64,000 bases of DNA from Thermoproteota archaeon (GTDB lineage Archaea > Korarchaeota > Korarchaeia > Korarchaeales > Korarchaeaceae), in the NCBI GenBank assembly GCA_027491415.1, contig JAOZFH010000026.1:32001-96000 (forward strand), written 5' to 3'. Shown one piece after another: positions 8,826-17,779 of this stretch. The notes under the pieces are model-generated. The model ran no database searches, was not told where the DNA came from, and saw only the letters and a program-made list of their open reading frames with translations. Position numbers and translations under genes: made by a program. Every line of letters starts with the position of its first letter. Position 1 is the stretch's first letter.

Positions 8826-9651
8826 CCTTCCTCGCCCTCAGCACCCTGACGCCCAAGTTCTCGAGAATGGCGAGTATCCTCGCCCTCTCCTCTCCCCTGA
8901 GGCCCTTCCAGTCGACTATGGCCGTGTTGGTGGGCCCGCAGCTCCTTCGGAAGGCTTGGGCGATCGCCTCTTCGCTCGCCGCGGAGGCGTCGTGCCTCCT
9001 GAGGATGTGTCCGATGGCCAGCTCCCGGGACTTGATCTGAATCTCCGTGAAGTAGTGGTTGATGTGGGGGCCGCCGAACCCGACCGCCAGCTTGTAACCG
9101 AACGTGGGGCCAGCCTCCTCAGAATTCCTCAAGTCCGTTAGAGCCTGCAGGGATGACTGAACGACGAGCTTGGCCGCCTCCCTTATCTCCCAGTGCTCGG
9201 GCTTGGATCCCACTTCGACAAACGCGAGAGGGGTCTCGAGCGTCGGGCCGTGGTGGGTCGGCTCCTGCGCGGGTTCAAACCCGATCTCCAGAGCCGAGTC
9301 GGCGACGATGCGGAGGAACGCCTTCATGAAGGGCGGGCACGCCGTCGACAGGGCCTCCGGCTCCCCGCCGTAGGGAGCCTGGCCGAAGTTCCCGGACACG
9401 TGCGTCGTGATGACCGGGCTTCCGGGGACCCCGCTGTGCCTGGACAGTATGACTATCAGATCGGCCCCGTCGGCCCCCAGATCGCTCTCGCTCCTTGCGT
9501 ATAGAACCTCACCATCCGGGCGGGACAGCCACGCCCTCACGGAACCCACGCTGAACTCCTCAGAACCAGTCTCGCTCAGGAGCTCCTCGGCCATGAGGTT
9601 TGCGGCAGGATCCACCTTGGAGGCGACGAAGGCCACCCTCTCCAGCCTCAC
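8809..9651 (-). CDS. dtdA: D-aminoacyl-tRNA deacylase (archaeal DTD2)
   Basis: SRHS, TTHVSGN, EPTHHGP, FVEVGS and GFGGPH motifs. Confidence 0.9.
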   Translation of the reverse strand: MRLERVAFVASKVDPAANLMAEELLSETGSEEFSVGSVRAWLSRPDGEVLYARSESDLGADGADLIVILSRHSGVPGSPVITTHVSGNFGQAPYGGEPEALSTACPPFMKAFLRIVADSALEIGFEPAQEPTHHGPTLETPLAFVEVGSKPEHWEIREAAKLVVQSSLQALTDLRNSEEAGPTFGYKLAVGFGGPHINHYFTEIQIKSRELAIGHILRRHDASAASEEAIAQAFRRSCGPTNTAIVDWKGLRGEERARILAILENLGVRVLRARKVAHSL

Positions 9652-10451
9652 CCTTCAGACCCCCCAGCCCTCTCCCAGTACTCGATGAACTTCCTCCTCG
9701 ATACCTCCACGTACTCCAAGTCGCTGCAGTGGATCTCGAGGGTAACGGTCCCCTCGTACCCCACGCTCCTGAGGTAAGACAAGACCCTCTCCCAGGGGAC
9801 CCTCCCCGCACCGACGGGCATGTGGTCGTCACCCCTGCCGTAGTTATCGTGGGCGTGCACATGGAGTATCCTCCCTCTGGCCTTCTCAATGTAAGACCTG
9901 ACCTTCTCCACCCCTCCCAAGAAGGCGTGTCCCAAGTCAAGGGTAAATCCCATCTCCGGAAGGGCCCCTAGCAGGTAGAGAACGTCTGAGACGGAACTGA
10001 AGGCGCCGTGATCAACGTTTTCCACGTGAACCCTGACCCCGACTTCCGTTCCCCTGGCCACCAGCCTTCTCATGGCCTCCAAGTTGAGCCGCCTGGCCTC
10101 GTCCCTGTACCTAGCGAGCCAGCCGGGGGTGTAGGGGTGAACCGTCAGGAAAGGCGCGTTCAGCTCGGCGGCCAGGTCGAGTAGTCCCTCCGCGTACTTC
10201 ATCGCCCCCTCTCTGACCCCCTCGTAGGGGCTCGCTATCTCTAGGTACCAGGGGGCGTGCACGACCACATCTAAGTCCCTCGTGGAGAGGAGGCTCAGAA
10301 TGTCCCCCTCGACCTCTCGGATCCTCTCGAGGCTCGCGCCAGGCCACTCGACCGTGAGTTCCAAGTAGTCGAGATCGAGCTCGCTGAGCGTCTCAAGTTC
10401 GTCGAGCACGTCTCTCGCGGGGTTGTTCATGGCGCCGAACTTCAGCGGCAT
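9648..10451 (-). CDS. Sugar phosphate isomerase/epimerase (AP endonuclease 2 TIM barrel)
   Basis: VHAP, VHP, VENV, LDLGH, HAHDN...DDH and LEI metal-binding motifs. Confidence 0.85.
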   Translation of the reverse strand: MPLKFGAMNNPARDVLDELETLSELDLDYLELTVEWPGASLERIREVEGDILSLLSTRDLDVVVHAPWYLEIASPYEGVREGAMKYAEGLLDLAAELNAPFLTVHPYTPGWLARYRDEARRLNLEAMRRLVARGTEVGVRVHVENVDHGAFSSVSDVLYLLGALPEMGFTLDLGHAFLGGVEKVRSYIEKARGRILHVHAHDNYGRGDDHMPVGAGRVPWERVLSYLRSVGYEGTVTLEIHCSDLEYVEVSRRKFIEYWERAGGSEG

Positions 10452-10513
10452 TTGCCCGCTGAGCGAAGGCGCGCATGATCTTAAGTAGGTTAGCGGCAGA
10501 CGGCGGTCGGGAA

Positions 10514-11743
10514 ATGTGGAGGCTCATAGTGGACGCGGCGCTGGAGTGGCTGCCGCTGACCGCTCAGCTGTCGCAGAGATCTCAGGCCATCGCGGGGCTG
10601 CTGGCGGACCCTAGGATCATCGTCTCGAGAGATCTCATGCCCGCTGAGGCCTCGGCCCTCGCCACCTCGCTGACCATTACCCTCATCTGGATAAAGCTGG
10701 GATTCGGGGCCGACTGGATACTCGGGGGAGTGGCCGTACTAGGCATTAGCGTGATGACTGCCGCCGGCGCCCTCATGACGAGGTTGGGCCTCCTCCAGAC
10801 CTCGGAGTTCAGGGGAATAGGGGTGGCTGAGGGTGCGGTGGCCGGCATCGTCCAGGGGCTCAGCATGATGGGGTTCGGCGGCTCCGGCCTCAGCGTCGCC
10901 GCCCTGACCGCGATGGGAGTTCGGCTGAGGGAGGCGCTCGTCGTCTCCTCCGCCGCCGGGGTTCCGGTCGCGCTGGCATCCGGGGTCGGGTGGGAGTCCC
11001 TGATCCCCCTCGCCGTTTCGGCCGTTGGGATCGTGGTCGCCTCGAGGGCCCTAGAGGGAGTCAAACCCACCACCCTGTCGTTAGCAATATCCATTCCGAC
11101 CGTAGTGGCCAACGCGGGGAGCGTCAGGGTCCTCCTCGAGAGGCGCCTGTACTACGACCAGCTCACGAAGAGGGTGGCGTCGTGGGTGATGAGGTGGGGC
11201 CCGACGGGGCTCATCCTGGCCATGATCGTGCAGTCGGTGATCTCCCCCATTCCGGCAGACGCCATCCTCGTGGCCGCCGGCGCCCTCGGCATGGACGCTT
11301 GGACGGTCGGGGTGGTGGGTGGAGTAGGGTCCGCCCTCGGGGCGATGGCCAACTTCTACATCGCGAGGCTGGCGGGCAGGCCCTTCGTGGAGAGGGCCTT
11401 CAGGGGCGAGGTCCTGGACTCAGTGGACCGGTGGTTCAGGAGGTGGGGTCCGCTGGCCGTGGTGATCGCGAGGCTCATCCCCTTCAGCCCGATTGACCTC
11501 ATTTCCTACGCGGCCGGGCTCACCGGGATGAACCCGCTCCACTTCTTCGCCGCGAACCTTGTGGCCCTCATACCGAGGGCCGCGCTGTTCGGGTACATCG
11601 GCAACCTCCTCTCCAGGGGGAAGGTCTGGCCGGTCCTGCTGATATTGGCCGCCATCCTCGGAAGCGCCGCCGTATACGCATCGAAGGGCAGGATAAGGCG
11701 CCTACTCAGGGGGGAGAAGGGTAAATACTGGGCACCCCCCTGA
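10514..11743 (+). CDS. Fusion of a degenerate UppP/BacA-like membrane domain and a DedA/TVP38 (VTT) domain
   Basis: N-half LEWLPLT and GIVQGLS..GSG resemble BacA motifs. C-half PIPAD...G..G...NFYIAR...ARLIP..P.DLISY.AGLT.M is DedA/TVP38. Confidence 0.7.
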   Translation: MWRLIVDAALEWLPLTAQLSQRSQAIAGLLADPRIIVSRDLMPAEASALATSLTITLIWIKLGFGADWILGGVAVLGISVMTAAGALMTRLGLLQTSEFRGIGVAEGAVAGIVQGLSMMGFGGSGLSVAALTAMGVRLREALVVSSAAGVPVALASGVGWESLIPLAVSAVGIVVASRALEGVKPTTLSLAISIPTVVANAGSVRVLLERRLYYDQLTKRVASWVMRWGPTGLILAMIVQSVISPIPADAILVAAGALGMDAWTVGVVGGVGSALGAMANFYIARLAGRPFVERAFRGEVLDSVDRWFRRWGPLAVVIARLIPFSPIDLISYAAGLTGMNPLHFFAANLVALIPRAALFGYIGNLLSRGKVWPVLLILAAILGSAAVYASKGRIRRLLRGEKGKYWAPP

Positions 11744-11749
11744 TGAAGT

Positions 11750-11828
11750 GGGCCCGTAGCTCAGCACGGATCAGAGCGCCGGCCTTCGGAGCCGGTGGTC
11801 GCGGGTTCAAGTCCCGCCGGGCCCGCCA
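11750..11828 (+). tRNA. tRNA-Arg(TCG)
   Basis: GGGCCCG/CGGGCCC acceptor stem, anticodon arm CCGGC-CTTCGGA-GCCGG, GGTTCAAGTCC T-arm and encoded CCA. Confidence 0.95.
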
Positions 11829-12856
11829 CCCCTAACCACCATTCTCCTCGTGAGGACCTCGAGCCTGTGCCTGTCCGGCCCCCTCAGCACGCTCCAAGAG
11901 TCCGGGGAGAGTATCACCCTGTCCTCCTCAACCCGGCCCTCCAGCCCCCACTCATCGAGCAGGCTCAGGACCTCAGACTCACGGGGGAGCTTGGAGAGGC
12001 AGTCGTTGGGACAGCCCGTGCACATGTGGTGGAGCCACTTCACATCGAAGCACGGTACTCCGTGAGCCAAGGCGCTGGCGCAGCAGGCTGAGCCCAGCGC
12101 GATCATCCCCCTCCTCCGGGCCTCCTCCATGGCGCACGCCTTGAGGTCAGCCGATGAGACGTAGACCTGCTCTCCGTCGTGAAGGGGAGCCCTCACACGG
12201 CGCTCAATCTCTGAGACGTCGACTCCGGCCTTTTTGAGCCTCTTAAGGATTTGGGGAGACACCCTGAGCGATCCAAACACGGCGCTCTCTATGCCGCTCT
12301 TCCTGGCGTAGTCCAAGATGTCCGGCAGCTCGCTCAGGGTGACGCCGGGAATTATGGGCCTCACGAAGAGAGTGGGAACGGCGCCGACTTGGGCGGCCTC
12401 GGCCGCTGAGTTCAGCCTGTCCCACGGGGGCGGAGCCGCCGGCTCCAAGAACCTGTACGATTCCCAGGCGACCACAGTCACCAAGACGTTCACGCCCGCC
12501 AGGCGGTCGTCCAGCGGGAGCTTCAGCTTTGTCGAGACTTGAAGGGGGTTGCCCAGCGCCTTCAGCGCGCTCAGGTATTCGAGCGTCCTCTCTGCAATTT
12601 TGGGAGTGAGAAACGGTTCCCCCAGACTTCCAAGGGCCAAAAAGGTCCCCCCTCGAGATTCTACGAAGTACGGGTTCCTTCTCAGTTCGAGAATGAGTCG
12701 CCCTGGAGGGAGGGGATTCGCTTGAGGCGACGGGACGATCAGCCCCATTTCCCACAGGTAGCAGTAGGCGCACCCGACGTTGCACCCCAGGGATGGGTGG
12801 ATGGTGAGTCCACAGGGCCGGGGACGCCGCCGGGGGACGGGCGGGAATTTGAGCAT
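11807..12856 (-). CDS. Radical SAM protein (spore photoproduct lyase-like family)
   Basis: GCNVGCAYCY, GSLGEPF, STK, LEP and RPIIPG motifs plus a Cys-rich C-terminus. ATG at 12856 was chosen because a longer ORF would overlap the HEPN gene. Confidence 0.8.
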   Translation of the reverse strand: MLKFPPVPRRRPRPCGLTIHPSLGCNVGCAYCYLWEMGLIVPSPQANPLPPGRLILELRRNPYFVESRGGTFLALGSLGEPFLTPKIAERTLEYLSALKALGNPLQVSTKLKLPLDDRLAGVNVLVTVVAWESYRFLEPAAPPPWDRLNSAAEAAQVGAVPTLFVRPIIPGVTLSELPDILDYARKSGIESAVFGSLRVSPQILKRLKKAGVDVSEIERRVRAPLHDGEQVYVSSADLKACAMEEARRRGMIALGSACCASALAHGVPCFDVKWLHHMCTGCPNDCLSKLPRESEVLSLLDEWGLEGRVEEDRVILSPDSWSVLRGPDRHRLEVLTRRMVVRGGGPGGT

Positions 12857-12920
12857 ATTGAACTCGGTGGCAGGGGTGGGTGGAGAGCTTATTACAAAAA
12901 CTATCGTCAGGCGCATCGGG

Positions 12921-13310
12921 GTGAGCCGCGTGAAGTTAGAAGAGGCCAGAGAGATCCTAGAGGAGGCGAAGAAACTCCACTCAGAGGACAAGTGCGCCTC
13001 GTCCATAAGGAAGTCCCAGGAGTCTGTTAAGGTCGCGCTGAGGGGGTTCTTGAAGAGCCTGGGCATCGAGCCCACTGGAGCGCTATCCGACCACCTGAGC
13101 AGAATACCCGCCGACTACAAGGAGAGCCTTCAACGGATACTTAAGGAGGCGTGCGGGGAGTCCGTGTGGATTACCATGGCCTGCGATGCCAGGCTCGAGA
13201 AGCCGATCGCGGGTCCAGAGGAGGGTTCGTGTACGAGGCTGGACTCTGAGGCGGCCATTCGCTCGGCCGAGAAGATCATAAGCCTCCTAGAGGAAATGCT
13301 CGGATCCTAA
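12921..13310 (+). CDS. Stand-alone HEPN domain protein
   Basis: EAREILEEA...SQESVKVALRG...AIRSAEKII matches the HEPN helical pattern. Confidence 0.65.
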   Translation: MSRVKLEEAREILEEAKKLHSEDKCASSIRKSQESVKVALRGFLKSLGIEPTGALSDHLSRIPADYKESLQRILKEACGESVWITMACDARLEKPIAGPEEGSCTRLDSEAAIRSAEKIISLLEEMLGS

Positions 13311-13383
13311 CCCCCCGGAGGGCGTTCAAGCGACGAAAAGCTGAATTCACTATCCAAAAAAAGGAGAAGGGTTGGAGGCCGGC

Positions 13384-13620
13384 TCACTTCTTCCAAACGG
13401 CCTCCACAGCCAGCTCGATGTCCCTGTCGGTAACGGTCTTCCTCTTGGCGTGCCGGGCGAGGTCGGCCGCGTACTTGGCGACCTCGGACCCGAACTTCTC
13501 GAGGTAGTAGGCGAGCCTCTCCTTGGCGGCGTCGCTCACCCTCTCGGCGCCGGCCTCCTTGATTATCCGGTAGACCGGAGCCAGGGGCAGATGCTTGGCA
13601 GACCTCTGAGGCATATACAT
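13384..13620 (-). CDS. Archaeal histone (HMfA/B family)
   Basis: LPLAPVYRIIKEAGAERVS...HAKRKTVTDRDI histone-fold signature. Confidence 0.95.
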   Translation of the reverse strand: MYMPQRSAKHLPLAPVYRIIKEAGAERVSDAAKERLAYYLEKFGSEVAKYAADLARHAKRKTVTDRDIELAVEAVWKK

Positions 13621-13685
13621 ACACCCCCTATATCCTGTTACACCTTGACCCCGGCGTCGCGGGGCCTGATTAGTAAGAAGGCCTT

Positions 13686-13698
13686 CTATATTTAAGCT
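13686..13698 (-). promoter_or_regulatory. Putative TATA box of the histone gene
   Basis: Minus strand reads GCTTAAATATAG about 70 nt upstream of the start codon. Confidence 0.5.
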
Positions 13699-14220
13699 CT
13701 TCGCATCAAACCTCCATAGAGGGACTTGTTCGTTGATTGCAAAATTAGGCGGGAGTCGTTGAGCCCAAGGTCTTCAAATCGAAATTGGATCCACGAGTGG
13801 GGGGTGCTCTCGGCCGAACACATTGCGATATTGTATAAGTGAATTCTGGCTAGATTAATACCCATAATTAGCCGGAATTTAAAGGCCAAAAAAACACTAA
13901 TCGGCCGTTAACTAATTGAATCTTTCAACTCCTATCTTGGCGGCTCAGGGGCGGCCCAGATCACTATTCAATGCGCGGTCGACTCATGCGAGTGAGTTGG
14001 ATGGTCACACCTAATTTCGGTGTCTTACGTTAATCGGCTAAGAGGTCCGAGGCGTGAATCTGGCCCCTCGATCGGACGGGTCCCCTTGGATATGTTTGAA
14101 GAAAATTTACCTATCTATGGAACTCTAACAAAGCTATCTCAGAGGAAGCGCCTCTATTGCACGGGATGCCTCCTTGTGTGGGCATTTCAAGAACTATTCT
14201 CCAAGGCCAGAATAGCCAGA

Positions 14221-15621
14221 TCATACCTGAACTATCCTGACGGCTTCCGTGGCCCCCTCTCTTATACCGTACGCCAACACGACAATGTCACCGAAGGAGA
14301 CCGCCCTCTCCTCCCTCAGTTTGGTGATCAGCGCCTCTAGGGCTTCCTCCCGGCTCTTTAATCGACCGAGAACGATGGGAGAGACTCCCCAGAGGACTGA
14401 GAGCTGTCTCGCGACGCGCTCGCTGCTCGAGCCAGCATGGATGTCGGTCGGTGGCCTGTACCGGGAGATCCTCGCGGCAGTCCGCCCACTTCTTGTGTAG
14501 ACCGCTATCTTGGCGCCGAGGCTCTCGGCCAAGAGCGCTATCCCCCTCGCAAATCTGTCGTATAAGCCCTCCGTGGTTCCAAAACCCTGCTGCATGGGCC
14601 GCTGTTCGAACTCCGTCCGCTCTACTATCCGCCTCATCCACCTGACGGCCTCAACTGGATACCTGCCCGCCGCGGTCTCCCCCGCAAGCATGAGTGCGTC
14701 CACCCCCTCCCTGACGGCCACCATGACGTCGACCACCTCGCTCCTAGTTGGGACCGGGCTGTACATCAGGCTCTCCAGCAGCTGTGTGGCTATGATGACA
14801 GGCCTCCCGAGGTACAGCGAAGTGTCTATGATCTCCCTCTGGAGGCGGGGGATCTCCTCTAGGGGAAAGAAGTTGCCCAAGTCCCCCCTCGCCACCATTA
14901 TGGCGTCGGACTCGGCCGCTATCTCCTCAAGTCTCTTAACACCGGCCTTAGTCTCTATCTTAGAGATCACCTTCACTTCCTCGCCGCCCTCAGTCGACAG
15001 GAAGTCCCTGAGGAGCCTCACGTCGGCACCGGAGCGGACGAAGCTCATGGCCACGTAGTCAAAGCCTTGTTCGATCGCAATCCTCGCGCAGCGGGCGTCT
15101 CGCTCCGTGAAGGTGGGTATGCCGAGCTCCTTGCCGAATATTGCCAAGCTCTTCCTGGACTTGATGACGCCGTCGACGACCGCCTGAGCCTTCACGCGAT
15201 CGACTCCCACCTCCAAGACCCTCAGTCTCACCCTCCCCTCGTCGACGAGCAGCTCATCCCCCTCCTCCACGCCGTCGAAGAACTCTTCGAGGGGGACGGG
15301 CACGTATTCTCCGTCGGACTCGCGCGCCTTCTTCAGCTCGACTATCTCGCCTCTCTTCACGTAGATCGACTTGATCAGTTCGCCCAGCCTGACCGAAGGC
15401 CCCGTCAGATCCCCTATCAGGGCTACCCAGCGTCCCAGCCTTCGCTCGGCGCTTCTAACAGCCCTAGCGTAATTCTTCCAGTCTTCCTCGCTCCCGTGCG
15501 AGAAGTTTATCCTGAAGGCGTCAGCTCCCGCTCTCATCATGGCTGCGACGGTCTCCTCACTGGCCGAGGAAGGGCCCAGCGTGGCGATGATCTTAGCCCT
15601 CTTCCTCAACCCCCTCACCAA
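14221..15621 (-). CDS. pyk: Pyruvate kinase
   Basis: KIIATLGP, RINFSHG, KIE, MVARGDLG, ATQLLES and GETAAG.YP motifs. Confidence 0.95.
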   Translation of the reverse strand: MVRGLRKRAKIIATLGPSSASEETVAAMMRAGADAFRINFSHGSEEDWKNYARAVRSAERRLGRWVALIGDLTGPSVRLGELIKSIYVKRGEIVELKKARESDGEYVPVPLEEFFDGVEEGDELLVDEGRVRLRVLEVGVDRVKAQAVVDGVIKSRKSLAIFGKELGIPTFTERDARCARIAIEQGFDYVAMSFVRSGADVRLLRDFLSTEGGEEVKVISKIETKAGVKRLEEIAAESDAIMVARGDLGNFFPLEEIPRLQREIIDTSLYLGRPVIIATQLLESLMYSPVPTRSEVVDVMVAVREGVDALMLAGETAAGRYPVEAVRWMRRIVERTEFEQRPMQQGFGTTEGLYDRFARGIALLAESLGAKIAVYTRSGRTAARISRYRPPTDIHAGSSSERVARQLSVLWGVSPIVLGRLKSREEALEALITKLREERAVSFGDIVVLAYGIREGATEAVRIVQV

Positions 15622-16375
15622 TAGGTATCTCCTGATAGTCCCAGCCGTCTAAAACCCTCTCGAGCTCGGCTGCGAGGCTATCCAAGAGCTTAGAGTAGAA
15701 CTCCCGAGAGACCTCTTCACTTGGGACGTCAGCAGGCTGGTCCCTGTAGAGGAGGACTGAGCCGGGCGCGGGGAAGGGCTCAATGCCCTCGCGGACCCTG
15801 TACACCTCTCTGGCGGCCGGCCTGCCGGTCTTCACGAGCTCGGGATAGGCGGCCATCACCGCAGCGGCCTCAACTCCCGCCGCGTGGCCCCCGCCCATGG
15901 ACTCCCTGGCCAGGGTCTCGGCGTAGATCCACCAGTGAACGACGACCGTCCTAACCCCCAGCTCCCTCCACGCGCGCCTCGTGGCGGACTTGATGGCTGC
16001 CACGTGCTCCGACCCGCCGTGCCCGTTGATCAGAATGACGCGGTCAAAGCCGTTCTCCGCGAAGGCCCTGAGGACCTCGAACAGGAGCGACTCGAGCGTC
16101 GACTGGGATATTCCCATGGTGCCGGGGTAGGCCGAGAGGGAGCCCACCACGCCGTAGGGAATCGCGGGCGCCACGGCCGCGTTGAGCCTGGGCGCCAAGT
16201 CTTGCGCCAGCCTCTCGGGCAGCATGAAGTCTGTGCCCAGTGGAAGGTGAGGGCCGTGGGCCTCGACAACCCCCACCGGCAGTATGACCAAGTCCGTGTC
16301 GCCTAGGAGGTTCGCGAACTCCGGCCAGGACAGGCGCCAGATCCGCAGCTCCCTCTCGCCCCCCAACCCACTCAC
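15593..16375 (-). CDS. Creatininase family amidohydrolase
   Basis: PVG..EAHGPHLPLGTD, NGHGG and HAAGVE motifs. Confidence 0.9.
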   Translation of the reverse strand: MSGLGGERELRIWRLSWPEFANLLGDTDLVILPVGVVEAHGPHLPLGTDFMLPERLAQDLAPRLNAAVAPAIPYGVVGSLSAYPGTMGISQSTLESLLFEVLRAFAENGFDRVILINGHGGSEHVAAIKSATRRAWRELGVRTVVVHWWIYAETLARESMGGGHAAGVEAAAVMAAYPELVKTGRPAAREVYRVREGIEPFPAPGSVLLYRDQPADVPSEEVSREFYSKLLDSLAAELERVLDGWDYQEIPIGEGVEEEG

Positions 16376-17709
16376 CTCAGGCCGACCTTCGAGAGGAACT
16401 CGTCTATGACGTCCTCCAAGTTCGGCCTGCCGATCTCCTGAAGCTCGTACCTCACGTGCACCGCGGGCTTGTCTATCCGCAGGTACCTGCTGAGGTCTGT
16501 GGGCGTCCCCAAGATGACCGTGTCGGCGTCGGCGTTGTTGATTGTCTCCTCGAGCTCCCTCATCTGGCGGTCGCTGTAGCCCACCGCTGGGAGGACTGGC
16601 CCAAGGTGGGTGTACTTCTGGTAGGTCTCCCTTATCGAGCCGACGGCGTAGGGCCTAGGGTCAACGATCTCGGCGGCGCCGAACCTCCTGGCGGCCATGT
16701 AGCCCGCGCCGTATCCCATCTCCCCGTGGGTGACCGTGGGGCCGTCCTCGACCACGAGGATCCTCTTGCCTTTGATCAGCTCCGGGGCGTCGACCGTCAG
16801 GGGCATGGCGGCCTCTATTATGGTGGCCCCCGGGTTGACCCTCATCACGTTGCCCCTCACGCACTCGATCTGGTCGGCGCTGGCCACGTTCTCCTTGCTG
16901 ATTATGACCACGTCGGCCGCCCTGACGTTGACGGAGCCCGGCCAGTAGGTGAGTTCGTGACCGGCCCTGAGTGGATCGGCGACCGTGATCCAGAGGTCTG
17001 GCACGTAGAATGGGAAGTCATTGTTGCCACCGTCCCACAGTATCACGTCGGCCTCCTTCTCGGCCTCCCTCAGGATCTTCTCGTAGTCGACTCCCGCGAA
17101 CACCACATTGCCCATCTTGATGTGGGGCTCGTAGTCTTCCCTCTCCTCGATGGTGCACTCGTGCCTGTCGAGATCCTCCAGAGAGGCGAACCTCTGAACT
17201 ATCTGCTTCCTCAGGTCGCCGTATGGCATTGGGTGCCTAATCACCGCTACCCTCAGCCCCCTCTCCTTCAGGATGGCGGCGACCCTCCTGCTGGTGGGGC
17301 TCTTGCCGGCGCCGGTCCTGACGGCCGTAACCGCTATGACGGGCTTGTTTGACTTCAGCATGGTGCTCTCGGGTCCCAGGAGCATGAAGTCGGCCCCGGC
17401 CGCCTGGGCGATGGCCGCCCTATCCATCAGGTACTGGTGGGAGACGTCGCTGTAGGCGAACACCACGAGATCGACCTTCTCCCTCCTGATTATCTCTGGG
17501 AGGTCCTCCTCCCTCAGGATCGGGATCCCGTCGGGGTAGAGGCTGCCGGCCAGCTCGGGGGGATACTTCCTACCCCAGATGTCAGGGAGCTGTGCGGCTG
17601 TGAAGGCGACAACCCTGTAATCGGGGTTGTCCCTGAAGAAGACGTTGAAGTTGTGGAAGTCCCTGCCGGCGGCTCCCATGATCACGACCCGCCGAACCCG
17701 CTCACCCAT
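16372..17709 (-). CDS. COG2403 P-loop protein (cDPG synthetase-like; arginine synthetase ArcE-like)
   Basis: GAAGRDFHNFN, RTGAGKS, RHPMPYG, CTIEEREDYE, WDGGNND and EDGPTVTHG motifs; ATG at 17709. Confidence 0.8.
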   Translation of the reverse strand: MGERVRRVVIMGAAGRDFHNFNVFFRDNPDYRVVAFTAAQLPDIWGRKYPPELAGSLYPDGIPILREEDLPEIIRREKVDLVVFAYSDVSHQYLMDRAAIAQAAGADFMLLGPESTMLKSNKPVIAVTAVRTGAGKSPTSRRVAAILKERGLRVAVIRHPMPYGDLRKQIVQRFASLEDLDRHECTIEEREDYEPHIKMGNVVFAGVDYEKILREAEKEADVILWDGGNNDFPFYVPDLWITVADPLRAGHELTYWPGSVNVRAADVVIISKENVASADQIECVRGNVMRVNPGATIIEAAMPLTVDAPELIKGKRILVVEDGPTVTHGEMGYGAGYMAARRFGAAEIVDPRPYAVGSIRETYQKYTHLGPVLPAVGYSDRQMRELEETINNADADTVILGTPTDLSRYLRIDKPAVHVRYELQEIGRPNLEDVIDEFLSKVGLR

Positions 17710-17779
17710 AGCAGGACACCGGAGCGGCGGCCCGCCAAAGTGCTCAAAATCTTTAGCTGCTGCCGAGTACGGTGAGTTC

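Noticed and set aside
13692-14340. Short ORFs 13692-13889 and 14020-14340
   Set aside because: Atypical composition, no motifs, and the second overlaps pyk; treated as non-coding.
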